From the human T2T-CHM13v2.0 reference genome, Homo sapiens: a DNA stretch of 64,000 nt. This document shows positions 17,401 through 39,636 of this stretch, one piece after another. How positions within the stretch are numbered: the first letter of the stretch is position 1; every line of letters starts with the position of its first letter. A model generated the notes under the pieces. That model saw nothing but the letters and a program-made list of their open reading frames with translations, was not told the DNA's origin and did not search any database. The position numbers were made by a program, and so were the translations under genes. Where the stretch lies: assembly GCF_009914755.1 (NCBI RefSeq), contig NC_060927.1. One strand, given 5' to 3'.

Positions 17401-18117
17401 AAAAATGAGCTTCTCTCCCTGTTTTGGGAAATCCTCTATATCAGTAACAGCTACCCCAGAAACAGAAAACAGAGAAAATAGAAATGGTTATCTTTTGGCA
17501 GTCAAGGAATCCAAATGAAATCCTCTCCAAATTTACAGAGTATAAAAAAAGCAAATTCACACTTGTCTATAAGGAATAAATTTTTCTCTAAAGTTTAAAT
17601 TATCCATTATAAAATTTGATAATGTGTTGCTTAACTACCATGGTTTGAAATATCTTTCACTTAAGGCAAAAAACTATTCAAATCATTTTCAAACACTAGT
17701 ACAGACTGTTAATACATAAGAAAATATCCATTACATCTGCTGGGAGAAATAAAAAACTAATGGGATCCATAACAGTTTAAAACTAACTCTAGAATGATGC
17801 TCCATTTCTTCATGCTCTCCCCAATGCCTCCCCATTACAAGATGTGTTTTCACAGCTACAGTAGAATAAACTGACTTTACTGACAAGAGAACATTATTTT
17901 CTAAAAGAATTCACATCTATAAAGGAGACAAAATGTGGAAACATTTGAGCATAGTGTCCCACAAATACTTCACAAGCGTTCTACGAAAAGCAGCAAATGA
18001 TATTTCTCAGTGTTCTACAAGGGTATATCAAGTTAAAAAGATAACACACTGAAAAGAAATCCAAATAAACTGCAAATAAACAAGGTCAGATCAATTCTCC
18101 TTTGTGTCCCTTACTAA

Positions 18118-18438
18118 TTTTTTTGAGACAGAGTCTTACTCCATCACCCAGGCTGGAATGCAGTGGCATGATCTCAGCTCACTGCAACCTCCGCCTCCTG
18201 GGTTCAAGTGATTCTCCTGGATCACCTTGTAGCTCTGATTACAAGTATGCGCCACCACGCCAGGCTAATTTTTGTATTTTTGTTTTGTTTATTTGTTTCA
18301 TTTAATTTTTATATTTTTAATAGAAATGGGGTTTCACCATGTTGGCCAGGCTGATCTTGAACTCCTGACCTAAAATGATCTGCCCACTTCTGCCTCCCAA
18401 AGTGCTGGGATTACAGGCATGAGCCACTGTGCCTAGCC
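18118..18438 (-). mobile_element. Alu (AluS) with expanded middle A-rich linker
   Basis: Dimer on minus strand; linker duplicated or expanded at about 18268-18320. Confidence 0.88.
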
Positions 18439-18764
18439 AACTATCTTTAACAGTATTATTTCTCCCCAGGACATACCCATTTCCCAAACTACTGTCACTC
18501 AAACCCCTGCATTTCTCTCCATTTATCTCTCTGATTCATTCCCTCTAATCTGACCACAATTTTCTTACTCTCATCACCACAGGAATCCTATGCGCATTGC
18601 ACACACATCCACCTTTACGTAACTCTGATCGGCCTTCTATTAAGACCTCCTGCTATACCTCTGTGATTCTAAGGCCAAACTCAGCAAGTCCTATGCCTAA
18701 TATCTACACCAGTACAATGTCTACAGCAAAATGAGTTCAATGAGTACAAGGATGATGACATCAG

Positions 18765-20240
18765 TTTATTCATTCAATAACTATTTACCGTGTCTACTAT
18801 GTGCTAAGTATTTTTCTAGTTGATGTAGATACAACCTATGGAGTGTATATTCAAGTCCAATGAAACAGACAGCAAACAAGCAACCAGAAAATAGCTTAGG
18901 TGGTGACAAGTACTATGGAGAAAATTAAAGAGTAAGAAAACTAGTCACTTGCCAGAGAAAACCTCTCGACAGGATGTCATTGAAGCAGAGACCAGAAGGG
19001 GTAAAGCAAGCGTGCAATGTGGACAAAACATTCCAGAAAACTGTTAAGCCACATGCAACATCCCAAAGGCAAACACATGCTTGCTGTGTACTTGTGTAGC
19101 TACAGCACAGTGTAAGAAAAGATCAGAGAGGTAACCAGGCTCCAAACCATGTAAGGGATTGTATGCCATGGTAAGAAGCTTGAACTTTACTCTCAAGGAG
19201 AAAGAGTGGCATGATCTGACATGTGGTTAAAAAAAAACAGCATTCTGGATCCTGTGAGGAAGACAGACTATGGAAATGTAAAAAGGAAGACCAGCTGAGA
19301 AGCAACTGTAACAATTTGGATGAGAAGTCATGGTGGCTTTGGTTAGTGTGGTAATGAAGAAATGGTGTTAATTGATGAGATTATGGATATTTTTTCAAGG
19401 TACAAATAATTAGATTTGCTGTTGATTGGATAGGAGAGGTGAAAAAGAGAAGTCAAGAATAATTCCATGCAACTAAGCAGCTGGAATAACAGAGCCACCA
19501 TTTACTAATATAGGTAAAGACTGCCAGAATAGCAAGTCTGGAGCAGAAAAATCTTTATCAGACATTAACGTTTCGGTAGCACATGGAGAGTTGGTATGTG
19601 AGTGTGAGTTCAGAGAAAAGGTTTAGGCTGATGACATTAATCTGAGAGTAGGCCATGCATGGATGGTATTTAAGGCAATTGTCTTGGTCCATCTGTGTCA
19701 CTATAAAGCAATGCCTGGGGATGGGTAATTTATAAAGAAAACAATGTGTATTTGGCTCATGATTCTGATTTCTGTAGAAGTTCAAGATTGGGCAGCTGCA
19801 TCTGGCAAGGATCACAGGTTGCTTCCACTTATGGTGGAAGGCAAAGGGGTGCCAGGGTGTGCAGAGATCACATTGAAAGAGAGGAAGCAAGAGAGGGGGT
19901 AGGTACAAGGCTCTTTTTAATAACCAGCTCTGGTGAGAACTAATGGAGCAAGGACAGCTCCAAGCCATTCATGAGGGATCCATCCTCATGAGCCAAGCAC
20001 CTGCCAGAAGCACCACCTCCAACAACGCAGATCAAATTTGGAGGCCTAAGGGACAAACATCCAAACTCTAGAAGCCATTAGATTAAATGAGATCACTCCA
20101 AGGACTGAGTCATGGAACTACTACAAAGGCTGAGATTATGAGAGAGGAAACTGAGGAAGAGTGACTACTGAAGGGTGAAGAAAACCCAAAAAAACTGCCC
20201 TGGGTGTCAAGTAAGAAAGTACTTCAAGAAGGAAACAGTA
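18765..20240 (-). mobile_element. L2 remnant split by an MST LTR
   Basis: Begins ttattcattcaataactattta (L2 3' end, antisense); purine-rich L2 body continues past 20073. Confidence 0.7.
19680..20072 (-). mobile_element. MaLR solo LTR (MSTB-like)
   Basis: tgtcttggtccat...gggtaatttataaagaaaa...gggacaaacatccaaact termini. Confidence 0.8.
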
Positions 20241-20469
20241 GACTTCTAGTTTCTGGTAAATGTGAATTAGGTTATTCAGACAAACATTTCTATTATAAAT
20301 AAAACAAAAATGAAAAGATATATATATATCTCCACAACATATATGTATACACATATATAATGTATATCCACTTGATATATAATCACAGCAAACTATATGG
20401 CTTATAAACAAACACACAATGCCTATGATGACTGTCTGATGTTAAATAAGAACTTGTAGTTTTACACTG

Positions 20470-23400
20470 ATGTCACCAAGATGGCTGACTGAAGGTGCCT
20501 GATACTCATGACCCCAACTCCTACAAAAAAAGACCAAAACAATGAATAAATAACTCCATTTTGACTAGAGTATCTGAAGGAGAACGCTGAAGTACAGCAG
20601 GGGAGTGGCAGAGACACCATGGAACATGAAGACTCAGGATGACTATATTGAGAAGGAATCCAAATACTCTGCTCTCTGCCACCCTGTCTCCCCAATTGGG
20701 ATCAACTCGGAATCATGAGGAAATTCCCCCTACAAGAAAAAGGTAAAGCAAGGAGCCCCCAGTAGCTCCCACGAATGTCATGAAAACCTGCAGTTTTCGT
20801 TGCTGAAGAATCTCGCACTCCTCACGGGCCAATTGCAGTTCAGGAAGCTACCAGGAGTTCACGTGGCTGCACTGTGCCAGAGAAGAAGCCGACATTGTGT
20901 CCTATTTTCCCCCTGACCCAAGCTGCTACTGCATAATGCCATCTTGACACTGGAGCCACTGCTAGAGCGTGTCCTTCCCTGGGACCCAATAGCCACTGTA
21001 TCTCCCCACCCCAAAGGCTCCACAATACTCAACAGTCCTGCAGCCCCTTGGAGCAAATAGGCCTGCCAACCTGCTCCCAAAGGAACAAGGCCTGATTCAT
21101 CAAGTTCCATTCCCTCTTGGCATGGCATGAGAGACAGCTTGTTACTTTCAACTCCGGAGGTGAGGAGCAGCTGAGCTGCCAGTCAACCAGCCCTGCACTC
21201 CCTTGATGTAGTGCATGAGACAGCCTGCCACCCTGCCCTCAGGGAAGCAGCCCAAGCTGGCAGAACAGTTGCACAAACTTCTGCAGCCCAAGCCACTGAA
21301 GTACTCACAGGCATTGTTAATACTGACTATAGCTGAAACAACGGCACAAAGTCTACACTACTGCACCTACTCAACACCAAAGCCAACAAACCCAACACAA
21401 CCAATGTCATAGGACAGATTTTCAAAATTATATTAAGTATCTTTTCTGACTATAATGAAATAAAACTAAAAATCAGTAACAGGAGAAACTCTGGAAGCTA
21501 TACAAATACATGGATATTAAACAATATACTTTTGAACAACAGAAGGGTCAAGGAAAAATTTTTTTAATTTAAAAATTCTCTGATACAAATAAAAATGGAA
21601 ACACAATATACTAAAAGCTATGGGATACAACAAAAGCACTTCTAAGAGGGAAGTTTATAGCAATAAATGCCCGCATCAAAAAATAAGAAAGATCTCAAAG
21701 AACCAAACATTATACTTCAAGGAACTAGAAAAACAACAAGAAACTAAACCCAACATTAGTAGAAGGAAAGAAGTAACATAAGTCAGAGCAGAAATAAATG
21801 AAATGGAGACTTTTTAAAAGACAAAAGGTCAGCAAAATAGAGTTCGTTCTTTGAAAATATAACAAACCTTTAGGTAGACTAAGAAAAAAGAGAAGATTCA
21901 AATAAATAAACTCAGAGATAAAAAGTAGATATTACAATGTATGTCACAGACTAAAAAGAATCATAAGACTATTATGAACAACTATACACCAAAAAGTTGA
22001 AAAATCTATCAAAAATGGACAAATGCCTGGATACACGCAGTCTATCAAAATTGAATCATGAAGAAATAAAAAGTCTGAAGAGACCAATAATGAGTAATAA
22101 GACTGAATCGATAATAAAGTCTCCCATCAAAGAAAAGCCCAGAGCCTGATGGCTTCACTGCTGAATACTGTCAAACATTTAAAGAACTAACAGTAATCCT
22201 TTTCAAAGTACTCCAAAAAATTGAAGACAAAGAAGTCTTTCAAACTCATTCTACGGTATCACTTTAATCTGAAAACCAGAGAAGGAAATTACAGGCCAAT
22301 ATCCTTGATGAAAAACCATTCACCATAATCAAGTGTAATTCATCCCAGGGATGCAAGGATGGTTCAACATATGCAAATCAATAAATGTGATCCATCACAT
22401 TAAGAAAATCAAGAACAAAAACCATATGATTTCAATACATGCAGGGAAAAAACTTGATAAAAGTCAACATCCTTCAAAATAAAAACTCTCCACAAATTAG
22501 GCATAGAAGGAATGTTTGTACCTCAACCCAATAATGGCCATATATGACAAACCCATGGCTAAATGTAATACCTGAATAGGAAAAAAAATAAATGGAAAGC
22601 TTTTCCTCTAAATTTAGAACAAGACAAGGATACTCACTTTCATCACTTTTATTCAATGTAGGCAAGAGAAAGAAAGGGCATCCAAACTGGAAAAAAAAAT
22701 AAGAAAAAAAAAGGGACTCCAATTGTTCCTGCTTGCGAATGGCATAATCTTGAAGCTATAGAAAATCCTAAAGGCTCCACCAAAAAACTCTTACAAATAT
22801 TAAGTGAATTCAGTAAAGCATTTCTATATATCAATAGCAAACTATCTGAAAAAAATCAAGAAAGCAATACCATTTATAAGTTATAAAAAAAATTCTCTTA
22901 ATATGTTTAGTCAAGGAGGTGAAAGCCCTCTACAAGAAAAACTATGTAACAGTGATGAAGAAATTAAACAGGACACAAGTAAATGGAAAGATACTCCATG
23001 TTCATGGATTAGAAAAATTGATATTGTTAAGACATCTATACTACCTAAAGTGATCTACAGATTAAATGCAATTCTTATCAAATTACCAATGACATTCTTC
23101 ACAGAAACAGAAAAAAAATTCTAAATTTTTTTTTAAAAACCCCAAAGAGCCAAATCAATTTTGGGGGAAAAAAAAAAAAAAAGAACAAAAGCTGGTGGCA
23201 TCAGACTACCAGACTTAAAAATGCACTACAAAGTTTTGATAACCAAAACAGCATGGAACTAGCATAAAAACAGACACACAGACCAATGACACACAATGGA
23301 GAACACAAAAGTAAATCCACACAATTATAGCCAGCTGATTTTCAACAAAGATACCAAGAACACACTTGGGGAGATGGCAATCTCTTCAATAAACGAAGTT

Positions 23401-24752
23401 GGGAAAACTGGATATCCACATGCAGAAGAGTGTAGCTAGACCCCCTCACTCTCACCGTATACAAAAATCAAGTCAAAATGGACTGAAGACTTAAATTTAA
23501 GATCTGAAACTAGGAAACTGCTAGAAGAATACATAGGGAAACTGCTTCATTAGTCTGGTCCATGATTTTTTGGGTAAGAACTCAAAAGCGCAGGCAACAA
23601 AAGTGAAAACAGACAAATGAGATTGCATCAAACTAAAAAGCTTCTGCACAACAAAGGAAACAAGGGTGAACAGACAGGCTACAGAATGGGAGAAAATATT
23701 CTCAATCCATGCATCTGACAAGAGGTTAATATCCAGAATATATAAAGAATTCAACTCAATAGCAAAAGAAAAAAAAATCTGCTAAGAAATGAGCAAATGA
23801 ATAGACATTTCTCAAAAGACATACAAATGGCCAACAGGTATATTTAAAAATGCTCAACAACATCACCAATCATCAGGGAAATGCAAACTAAAACCACAAT
23901 GAGGTATCACCTCACCCCAGTTAGAGTGGCTATTAACAAAAATAATAATAATAATAATGACAAATATTGGCATAGATGTGAAGAAAGGGGAGTTCTTATA
24001 TACTGTTAGAGGGAAGGTAAATTAGTATGGCCATTATGAAAAACAGTATGGGGGTACTCAAAAATTAAAAATAGAACTACCATATAATCAAGCAATCCCA
24101 CTATTGGGTATTTATCCAAAGAAAAATAATTCAATATATCAAAGGAATACATGCACTCCCATGTTTACTGCAGCACTGTTCACAATAAGCAAAGATACGG
24201 AATCAACCTACGTGTCCATCAATGAATGGATAAAGAAAATAAAGAAAATGTGGTAAGTATACACAATAATAATATTCAACCATAAAAAGAATGAAATCTT
24301 GTCATTTGCAATAACATGAATAGAACTGGAGGGCATTACGTTAAGTGAAATAATCCAGGCATGATCTCGCTCATATGTGGAATCTCAAAAAGCTGATCTA
24401 ATAGAAATAGAGAAGAGAATATTGGTAACCACATTCTGGGGAGGCTAAGGGCAGGGAGAGGGGGAGGACAGGGAAAGTTTGTACAAAATTACAGTTCGAT
24501 AGGGAAAATAAGTTATCGTGTTCTATTGCACAGTAAGGTGACTATTACAATATTGTATTATATATTTCAGCATCTCAAAATAACCAGAAGAGAGGATTTT
24601 TAATGTTCTCACCACAAGAAAATAATAAACGTTTGCAGTGATATGCTATATACCCTAATTTGATCATTACACAGTGTATACACATACCTAAACATCACAG
24701 TGTACCCCATAAATATGTACAATTATTATGTGTCAAGTAAAAATAAAACAAA
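20470..24752 (+). mobile_element. L1MA-type LINE with 5'UTR, large internal deletion (ORF1 and most of EN), decayed ORF2 and 3'UTR
   Basis: caagatggctgact 5' start, GC-richer UTR to about 21350, ORF2 peptides (e.g. [16 protein letters not shown] in ORF 22804..23124), L1MA 3' end with A tail. Confidence 0.85.
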
Positions 24753-25208
24753 AGAACTACTCTTGGTTTAGATAAAATTTGCAGTGACTGCATCACACAC
24801 AAGCAGAAAAGGTGTTGTCTCTGAAACCATTTAAATGGAAGAGGAGATGATCTAGTTTGGAATACTGTGTCAGATGATGCAGGAGAAACTCAAGGAACTG
24901 ATGTTCAACATGCTGTGGTGACACTTCAATAAAGCAGTTTAAAAAGAGGTGTTGAATACATTTATTTTACAAAATGCAAGAATGCAGACTTCCAAACCAG
25001 TACATTATCTTATATACATACTTAAAAATAAATGTGTAACTATAATAATAAATTAAATATTTATAAAAAGAGGTAAACAGTCATCTATTTCATCAAATTC
25101 ATTTAAAAGTTTATATAATTACCATGTTTTCTCCCAAAAAGACTTTTTTAGACATTCCATTGAAAAATTAGACTTTCATATAATCAAGATTGCCTTGAAT
25201 TCAACTAA

Positions 25209-25527
<319 letters not shown>

Positions 25528-25549
25528 TAGATGTTTTCATCAAATTGTT

Positions 25550-26150
25550 CCAGCTTTTGTGTGGAAAACATATTACTGGGGTGGGGGGAGCTGAACAACT
25601 AGAAGCAGGAAGATCAGTTAGGAGACCAGTGTCAGAGCAAATAAGAGATGCTATTGGCTTGGTTGGGGCAGTCTAGACGGAAAGTAGGTAAGCAGGGGAC
25701 CATCTTTTTGGAGGAAGAGTCAATATGACTTGTTTATTAATTGAATGAATAAGAAAAAAATATGGGTTACTCAGAAGTTTGGGTTTGAGTAACTGCATAT
25801 AGTGTTACTGAATGTATTTGACTATTACTGAGTAACTGGATCAAGTGCTACTGAATGTTTCTGACTCCCAGTCTGGGAGATGGGAGAGTTAGAAAGCATA
25901 TTTGATTTGTATATGTTAAATTTAAAACTCCTCTTGTGTATGCAATTGAATACGTTAAGATAATATAAGCCTGAAGTGGAGAAAAGTTCATCTAAGTGTA
26001 TATCAGCACATAGGTAGTGTTTGAAGCCACAGGATTAGATGAAATCACCTAAGGACAGTGATGAAAGAGAAAAAAAAGAAGGCTCAGCAAATGAAACAGA
26101 AAAGTGGAAACCAACAAAGAAGAGACTGAGGTGGGAAGAAAGCAAGGAAT
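25550..26150 (-). mobile_element. L2 remnant
   Basis: gaagcaggaagatcagttaggagac...ttgaagccacaggattagatgaaatcacc L2 motifs. Confidence 0.55.
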
Positions 26151-27176
26151 GTAGATTAAGCCCCTATTATGAGCCCTAAAACTACAAAGATAAACTCCAG
26201 TTTAAATTCCCAAGTTGCACTGAAGCATTTTACTTCCCTTTTTCACATAGTCCCACTGGAAAGTCACATTAGCCCTAAAAACAGGAAATTGTACCATTCA
26301 CAGTCAGAACCTTCAAAAACCTCTTAACAGTGATGGTACAGATTAAATGGATTGACAGAGGGCCCAAGAACACAAAAAGGAAAACGCTGACCAGTGAGTA
26401 GGCAGAACCTCGGCAGCACCTCAAGCCTTAAATGGCAAGGGAACAAGACAAGTTTTGGCTTTAGTGCTGATGGGACGACATGAGGTTTTCTCAACCCTGT
26501 GAACAAAGGAATTGGGTGCCAGAAAACCTGGCACAAAGGTCATGCTAACTACAAAGAGAGGGATCGCAGGGAGACTGAAGGAAGGAAATTGTTTAAAGGA
26601 AAGAAATGATTTGATGAAAGTGGCATTTGGGGAATATTAATCAGATAGCGGATAAGCTAATGAATGCGAAAAGGAAGACAAGCAGGCAATTAGGAGTTAC
26701 AAGTGTACAGGTGAAGAGGAGAAACAGAAACATGAGAGAGAAGAACTGACTGCCTGGAAATGGTATGAGTAGAAGAAAAGATTCCAGTAGTATATTATGG
26801 ACAGAATGGCCCATTTATATTGTGTAAAGTCAGTTATATAGGTTTTAAAAATAAAGAATTCACACTCCTTGCTTTTTAACTTAATTCAGGCTTCTCCTTA
26901 AAGATGCCATCATCCCAATTCCCCTGGGTCACCCTTATTCCCTTCGAGTTCTACCGAGCTCTATGTGCCCATCAGTGAGCTACTCCACTGCCTATTTCTA
27001 CTTCAGATATTCTCATGTGCAGTATATTACTGGAATAACATGTAAATTGTAGATATCCATTCCATTTGAATTCATTCTGGACAATATCACAAGTGGTTCC
27101 TTGCTGAGGGTATATGCTATTTACAGAGAGTCAAAACACTACAGTTTTCTCCTTGCTTCACTCCACTCTAAGTCCA

Positions 27177-29141
<1,965 letters not shown>

Positions 29142-29319
29142 TAATTTATAACTGTTGTTTTCCCCCATGCAGAAACAATTTGTACTTTAAATATGGAATG
29201 AATTTTTCCTCTTCTCCATCTCCCTGCCAGAATCCTCAGCAAACTCATCGTCCAATTCAATGCCTCTGTTTGTAATTAAAGCTATTATCTCTCAGCTTAT
29301 GATGGCCGGATGATAAATA

Positions 29320-31345
29320 AGTTTGGGCCCAAATTCAAATTACAGTGACCCCAGCACATCTATAGACCTACTCTGTAATTATTCTTCGTTTCCTAAATAT
29401 GTAACTCGAATAGACCACTTAGCAACTAGCAGAATCCATACTTTGGCTATCTGATCTGTGGAGGTAGGCTAGTATGGTAAGAAGAGACAAATGAAAATCT
29501 GGTACATCCCCTCTCTAGTAAGCCATATGAACATAAAACCAAATCATAAAAATTAGTATCAAGAGCAAAAACTTAAAATATGTAGGGGTGATAATATCTA
29601 TCATTCCCATTTAAACTATTTGTTCAACAGAACAGATTATACTGGAAAAAATTAAAAATAGTCTATTTGGCCTATGCAACATCTTAGAATATGACTGTAG
29701 TGGATCTTGAAGAATGACAGCAGATCATCCAAAATGTAAATATGTGACTCCTGTTGCAGCTGCAATTTAAGATGTAATATTTCTACTGGAGCAAATCATC
29801 ATAGCCCTGGCATGTTGGGTGCTATTGACTTGGCAAAGGTTTTTTTTCTCCGTTTCAATTTAGAAGAACCACCAGCATGTGTTTGCTGTTGCTCATCAGG
29901 GCAAACAGTTCATGTTCACTGCCTTGCCTCAAAGCCATGCTAACTCTGCTACCATTGGCCCTAAAACACTCTGCAAAGATCTGGGACATCTTGACATCCC
30001 ACCAAACATCCCATGTGTACACTATTTTGATGACATTAAGCTGGTTGGACCTCAGGAAATATCAGCAGTGAGTACTTTTTAGTTGGCTTAGTAAGATACA
30101 TGAGAGAGCAATAAACTCCAGAAAAATTCAGGGGGCTACCACTTCAGTCAGTTTTCTGCAGCTCCGAGGTCTACAGCAGGTTGGGACATCCCTCCAGGTC
30201 AAAAACAAGTTATTGCACCTTCTGTTGACTGTAACCAAAAAAAGAGGCACAATGTTTGGTGGGTTTTTGTGAATTAAGAGGTAAAACATACCACCTTTGA
30301 ATGTGTGCCTCTCATTATCTGAAGAATTCACAAACTTATTAGTTTTGAATGGAGCTGAAGTAAGTAAAGGCTCTGCAGCAATTCTACAAGCTGCTGGGCC
30401 ACTCAGGCCTTATGACCTAGCATATCTAGTACTACTTGAACCCCTACAGCAAATGGAGCCCCAGGGAAGCATCAATAAGTGAATCACAATACACATCTGT
30501 GCAGCTTAAGAGCAAAGTCACATTCTCACATGTGGATTACTATTCTCCTTTTGATAAACAGCTCCTGATAGAGAATAAACATTACGATTGAAACCAAATG
30601 ATCACATGATATGAGTTACTTATCGTTAATCTGGGTCACCAAGCCACTACGTTAAGTATGCAAAGCAGTAAACCATCATCAAATGAGTCAATCAATATAA
30701 GAGACTGAGTTTCAACATGTCAAAAAATATAGCAGTAAATTGCATGAACAGTGGCTTAGATTCCTTCAACACATACTCCTCTGTGTGGCCTTCTCTCACT
30801 TAATCCTGATTAAGAATTGTTTATGACCAGCTAATTGGCAAAGAAAAGCACTGAATCTGGTTAGTGAATGGTTCAGTACAAGATGCTGGCACCAAATGAA
30901 AGTGGACTGCTGCATTACAAGCCTAATCAGAAGTGTCCCTGGAAAGAACATCCTCCCAGTGAGCAGAGCTTCAAATAATACATTGTGTTGCACCCTATGT
31001 TTAAACTGAGATGCAACTCATATATATGCTGATTCATGGGCACTGGGGCTTACAGCTTAGTAGGATGGTCAGGAACTCAGAAAACTGAGGAATTTGAAAA
31101 CTGGTGACAAGAAGTTCTGAGAAAGTACATGGGTAGGCTTCTCAGAATGAGCACATGCATGTTCACTAACAGGCATCCACTTCAGAGGAGGCTTTCAATA
31201 ATCAAGAGGACAAGATGACATGTTTCTCCAAATGTCAACAAAGACTCCTTCTCCAGCCACCCAGGGCTTGCTCAATGGGCCTGTGTACCAGGGAGCAAAG
31301 TGGCAAAGATGAAGGCTCTGCAAGGGCTCAGCAAAAGGAATGTTC
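29320..31345 (+). mobile_element. Class III ERV (ERVL-type) internal pol remnant, covering RT and RNase H
   Basis: QGKQFMFTALPQSHANS...VHYFDDIKLVG (RT LPQG/YxDD motifs) in ORF 29879..30082; RNase H-like W...GS...GT..KWTAALQ at about 30860-30925 and YADSWA at about 31025; many stops and frameshifts. Confidence 0.88.
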
Positions 31346-33269
31346 CTCATAACATATTAATCTGCATTTCACTGATTACTAATGATGCTGAATATCTATT
31401 CATATCATTATGAATCTCTCTATAATACACAAATTAACTATTATATATGATGCAAAATTTTACAGCTTTTGTTAGCATACAAATTTTATTTATGATTTTT
31501 GGAAGATATAAAATTTTCTAATTTATATGTAGCCAAACTATCAGTATTTCCTTTTATGGTTTATTTCATTGCTCTTCTTCTCAGAAAAGCTTTCTTTGCC
31601 CATATTTAAACATATTTTCTTCCAGCTGTTTATGGTTTCTTTTTGGTATATAATTCTTCAATCCATCTGGAACTGGCTTTTGTACGGTGTAAGCAGAGAA
31701 AATAATTTTTCCCCACACAGTTAACCAATTATCCAGAGTAAATATTTATTTTAAATAATATTTCTTTTAAAATCAAAGCAGATTTTTTTTTATTTCACTG
31801 ATTACCACATTATTAACAATACTATGGGGAAGGAAAAAAAACTCTAGGAAAATCTGATCCATCAGGAGCCACTGACATTTCAGCTCACGGCAAACCTATA
31901 CAATCAGCTTACAAGACCATTCATCCTCTAAAAGGATTATCATGTTGAGAGATGCATAGGCCTTATTTTATCGCCTGTCATAGTAATATGAGTATGAAGC
32001 CATTTGGAGAAATAGGTGGACATTTGTGAGCCATCATATCATTTTTATCTGATCTTGACAGCTCAATTTCACCACCTGTCTCATGCTAGACAGATTTCAG
32101 AGCTGACATCACAGAAAATGTGCTGAAATGTAAAATGTAATCCATAAAAGGCCAATGGTGATGATGGTATGCAGAAAAACATATTTGCATAATGGAGCAA
32201 AGGTCATCCTGGGCTACCGATATGAGGCTTCCATTCTCAGGCAGATGGGCAGCACTGTGATTTGTTCAGGACTCCAGTTGCTAGTGCAGTTTCAAGGGAC
32301 AAGTAAGGAAGGAAGAACAATTTTCTGTATAAACTCATCACAGAGAATTTTAACATCTCTCTAGCCTGAAGGCTGGCTCTCTTTTGCATACCTTTATATT
32401 CAACCTTGCATTTTATATGCACATGAATACAATACCTGGGCTGCAAAGCACAAAGGAACAGCTACTAACTATTTTCCATAGTCTGCACTGGCTGCCTATT
32501 CGTTTCTGACAATAATTTATATTACTAAATTTAATCTAAAAGTCTAAAAAGATGTGAACTTTCACTGCCTCAAGGATCCCCTTAATCCCTTCTTAACCAA
32601 CTAGTACCCATTGCTAACATTTCCTTTAGTTTGTTTTTCTTCATTTTATATATACATATATATTTAATTATAGGAGTGAAACATGCTTATTACAACAGCC
32701 TAAAAATACAAATGAGTAAAGATAAATAATCTCACCATCACATCCTCCTCAGATAACCAATTTGGTATTATTCTTCCATATGCATTTTTTAACGAAATTG
32801 TATACAAATACATGCAAATAGAAGTTTTGCCACTTTTACTTTACAAACATAACTTCATAATTAATATATAACTCTGCTCTTGCCTTTTTTCACTTATCTA
32901 TATACAATGAATATCCTTCCAGGTTAATCAAATGAATCATTTATATCACAGCTATATCATTATTTATTGAAGCATTTCAATACCAATGGATATTAACTAT
33001 ATTTCCATTTATTCACCACTTAGAAATAATGCTGCATTAAATAACCTAAAGCATATATCCTGAACAATTCACACTTTTATTTCTAGTGGCTAAATCAGAT
33101 GCATGCCTGTTAAAATCAAAGCAATGTGTATTGTTAATAGTCATAGATGTTTCCAATCACTTAAATCACCTTTTAAAAGGTTGCAGCAACTCACATTTCC
33201 TCAAGCAGTATTTAAAAGTCACTGTGAAAAGTAGCTCTGCTAAGTACTATCCCACCAACTCTATAAGTG

Positions 33270-38810
<5,541 letters not shown>

Positions 38811-39038
38811 TGGCCAGTGGAAGCTCCTTCACATTGGCTCCTGCATTCTTTTTAACATGACCTTAGAAGTCTCTGATAACTTCCTCGCTTTCAGGAATGA
38901 CATGTCCCAGCCTCAATTTGTTCATTTCTGGCCTAAATGCAAAGCTGTGCCAGAGACTTGGAACCTATTTATACAAGAGACCACGATTTGAGTAGAAAAT
39001 GGTAGTTAGGAATTAAAACTTGAATACTAGCTTCTTAG

Positions 39039-39451
39039 TGTTATAAACTGAATTCTGTTCCCCCCAAAATTCATATGTTGAAGCCCTAACCCTCAATGTG
39101 ACTATATTTGAAGATAGGTGTGTGTTTGGAGATAAGGCTGTATTTGGAGATTTAAGGGGGTAATTAAGGCTAAATGACACCATGTGGGGGGGCACCTAAT
39201 CCAGCAGCAATGGTGTCCTTAAAGAGGAAAAGACACCATGAGTGCACACACACAAAGGAAAGGCCATGCGAGGACACAGGAAGAAGGCAGCCCTCTATGT
39301 AAGCCAAGAAGAAAGACCTCACCAGAAACCAAACCTGTCGACACCTTGATCTTGGATCTGTAGCCGATGAAACTGTGAGAAAATAAATTTATGTTGTTTA
39401 AGTTGCCCAATCTGTCATACTCTGTTATGACAGCCTGAGCAAACTAACACA
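39039..39451 (+). mobile_element. MaLR solo LTR (MLT1B/C-like)
   Basis: tgttataaactgaatt...ccccaaaattcatatgttgaag...aataaatttatgttgtttaag...aaactaacaca. Confidence 0.85.
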
Positions 39452-39636
39452 AGTAGACACAACTATGAAATACATACTTTCTTTAAAAAGATAGAAAAAT
39501 AAATAAGTTTATCCTAACATTTTTGAGTCAAATTAAGGATGAGAGAATTTTACTTATATTTTTATAATTGTACATTTTATTTTACACTGATAATATTGGT
39601 TATTACTGGAATTAGCATAATTGTTAGTTTTACCTT

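Noticed and set aside
29879-30082. Reverse-transcriptase motif as a domesticated or novel RT system
   Set aside because: Only 67 codons open; surrounding pol riddled with stops and frameshifts; ordinary ERVL fossil.
39100-39155. Three spaced copies of (g)tatttggagat as a CRISPR-like array
   Set aside because: Short tandem triplication of an MLT1 motif in eukaryotic DNA; no unique spacers of regular length.
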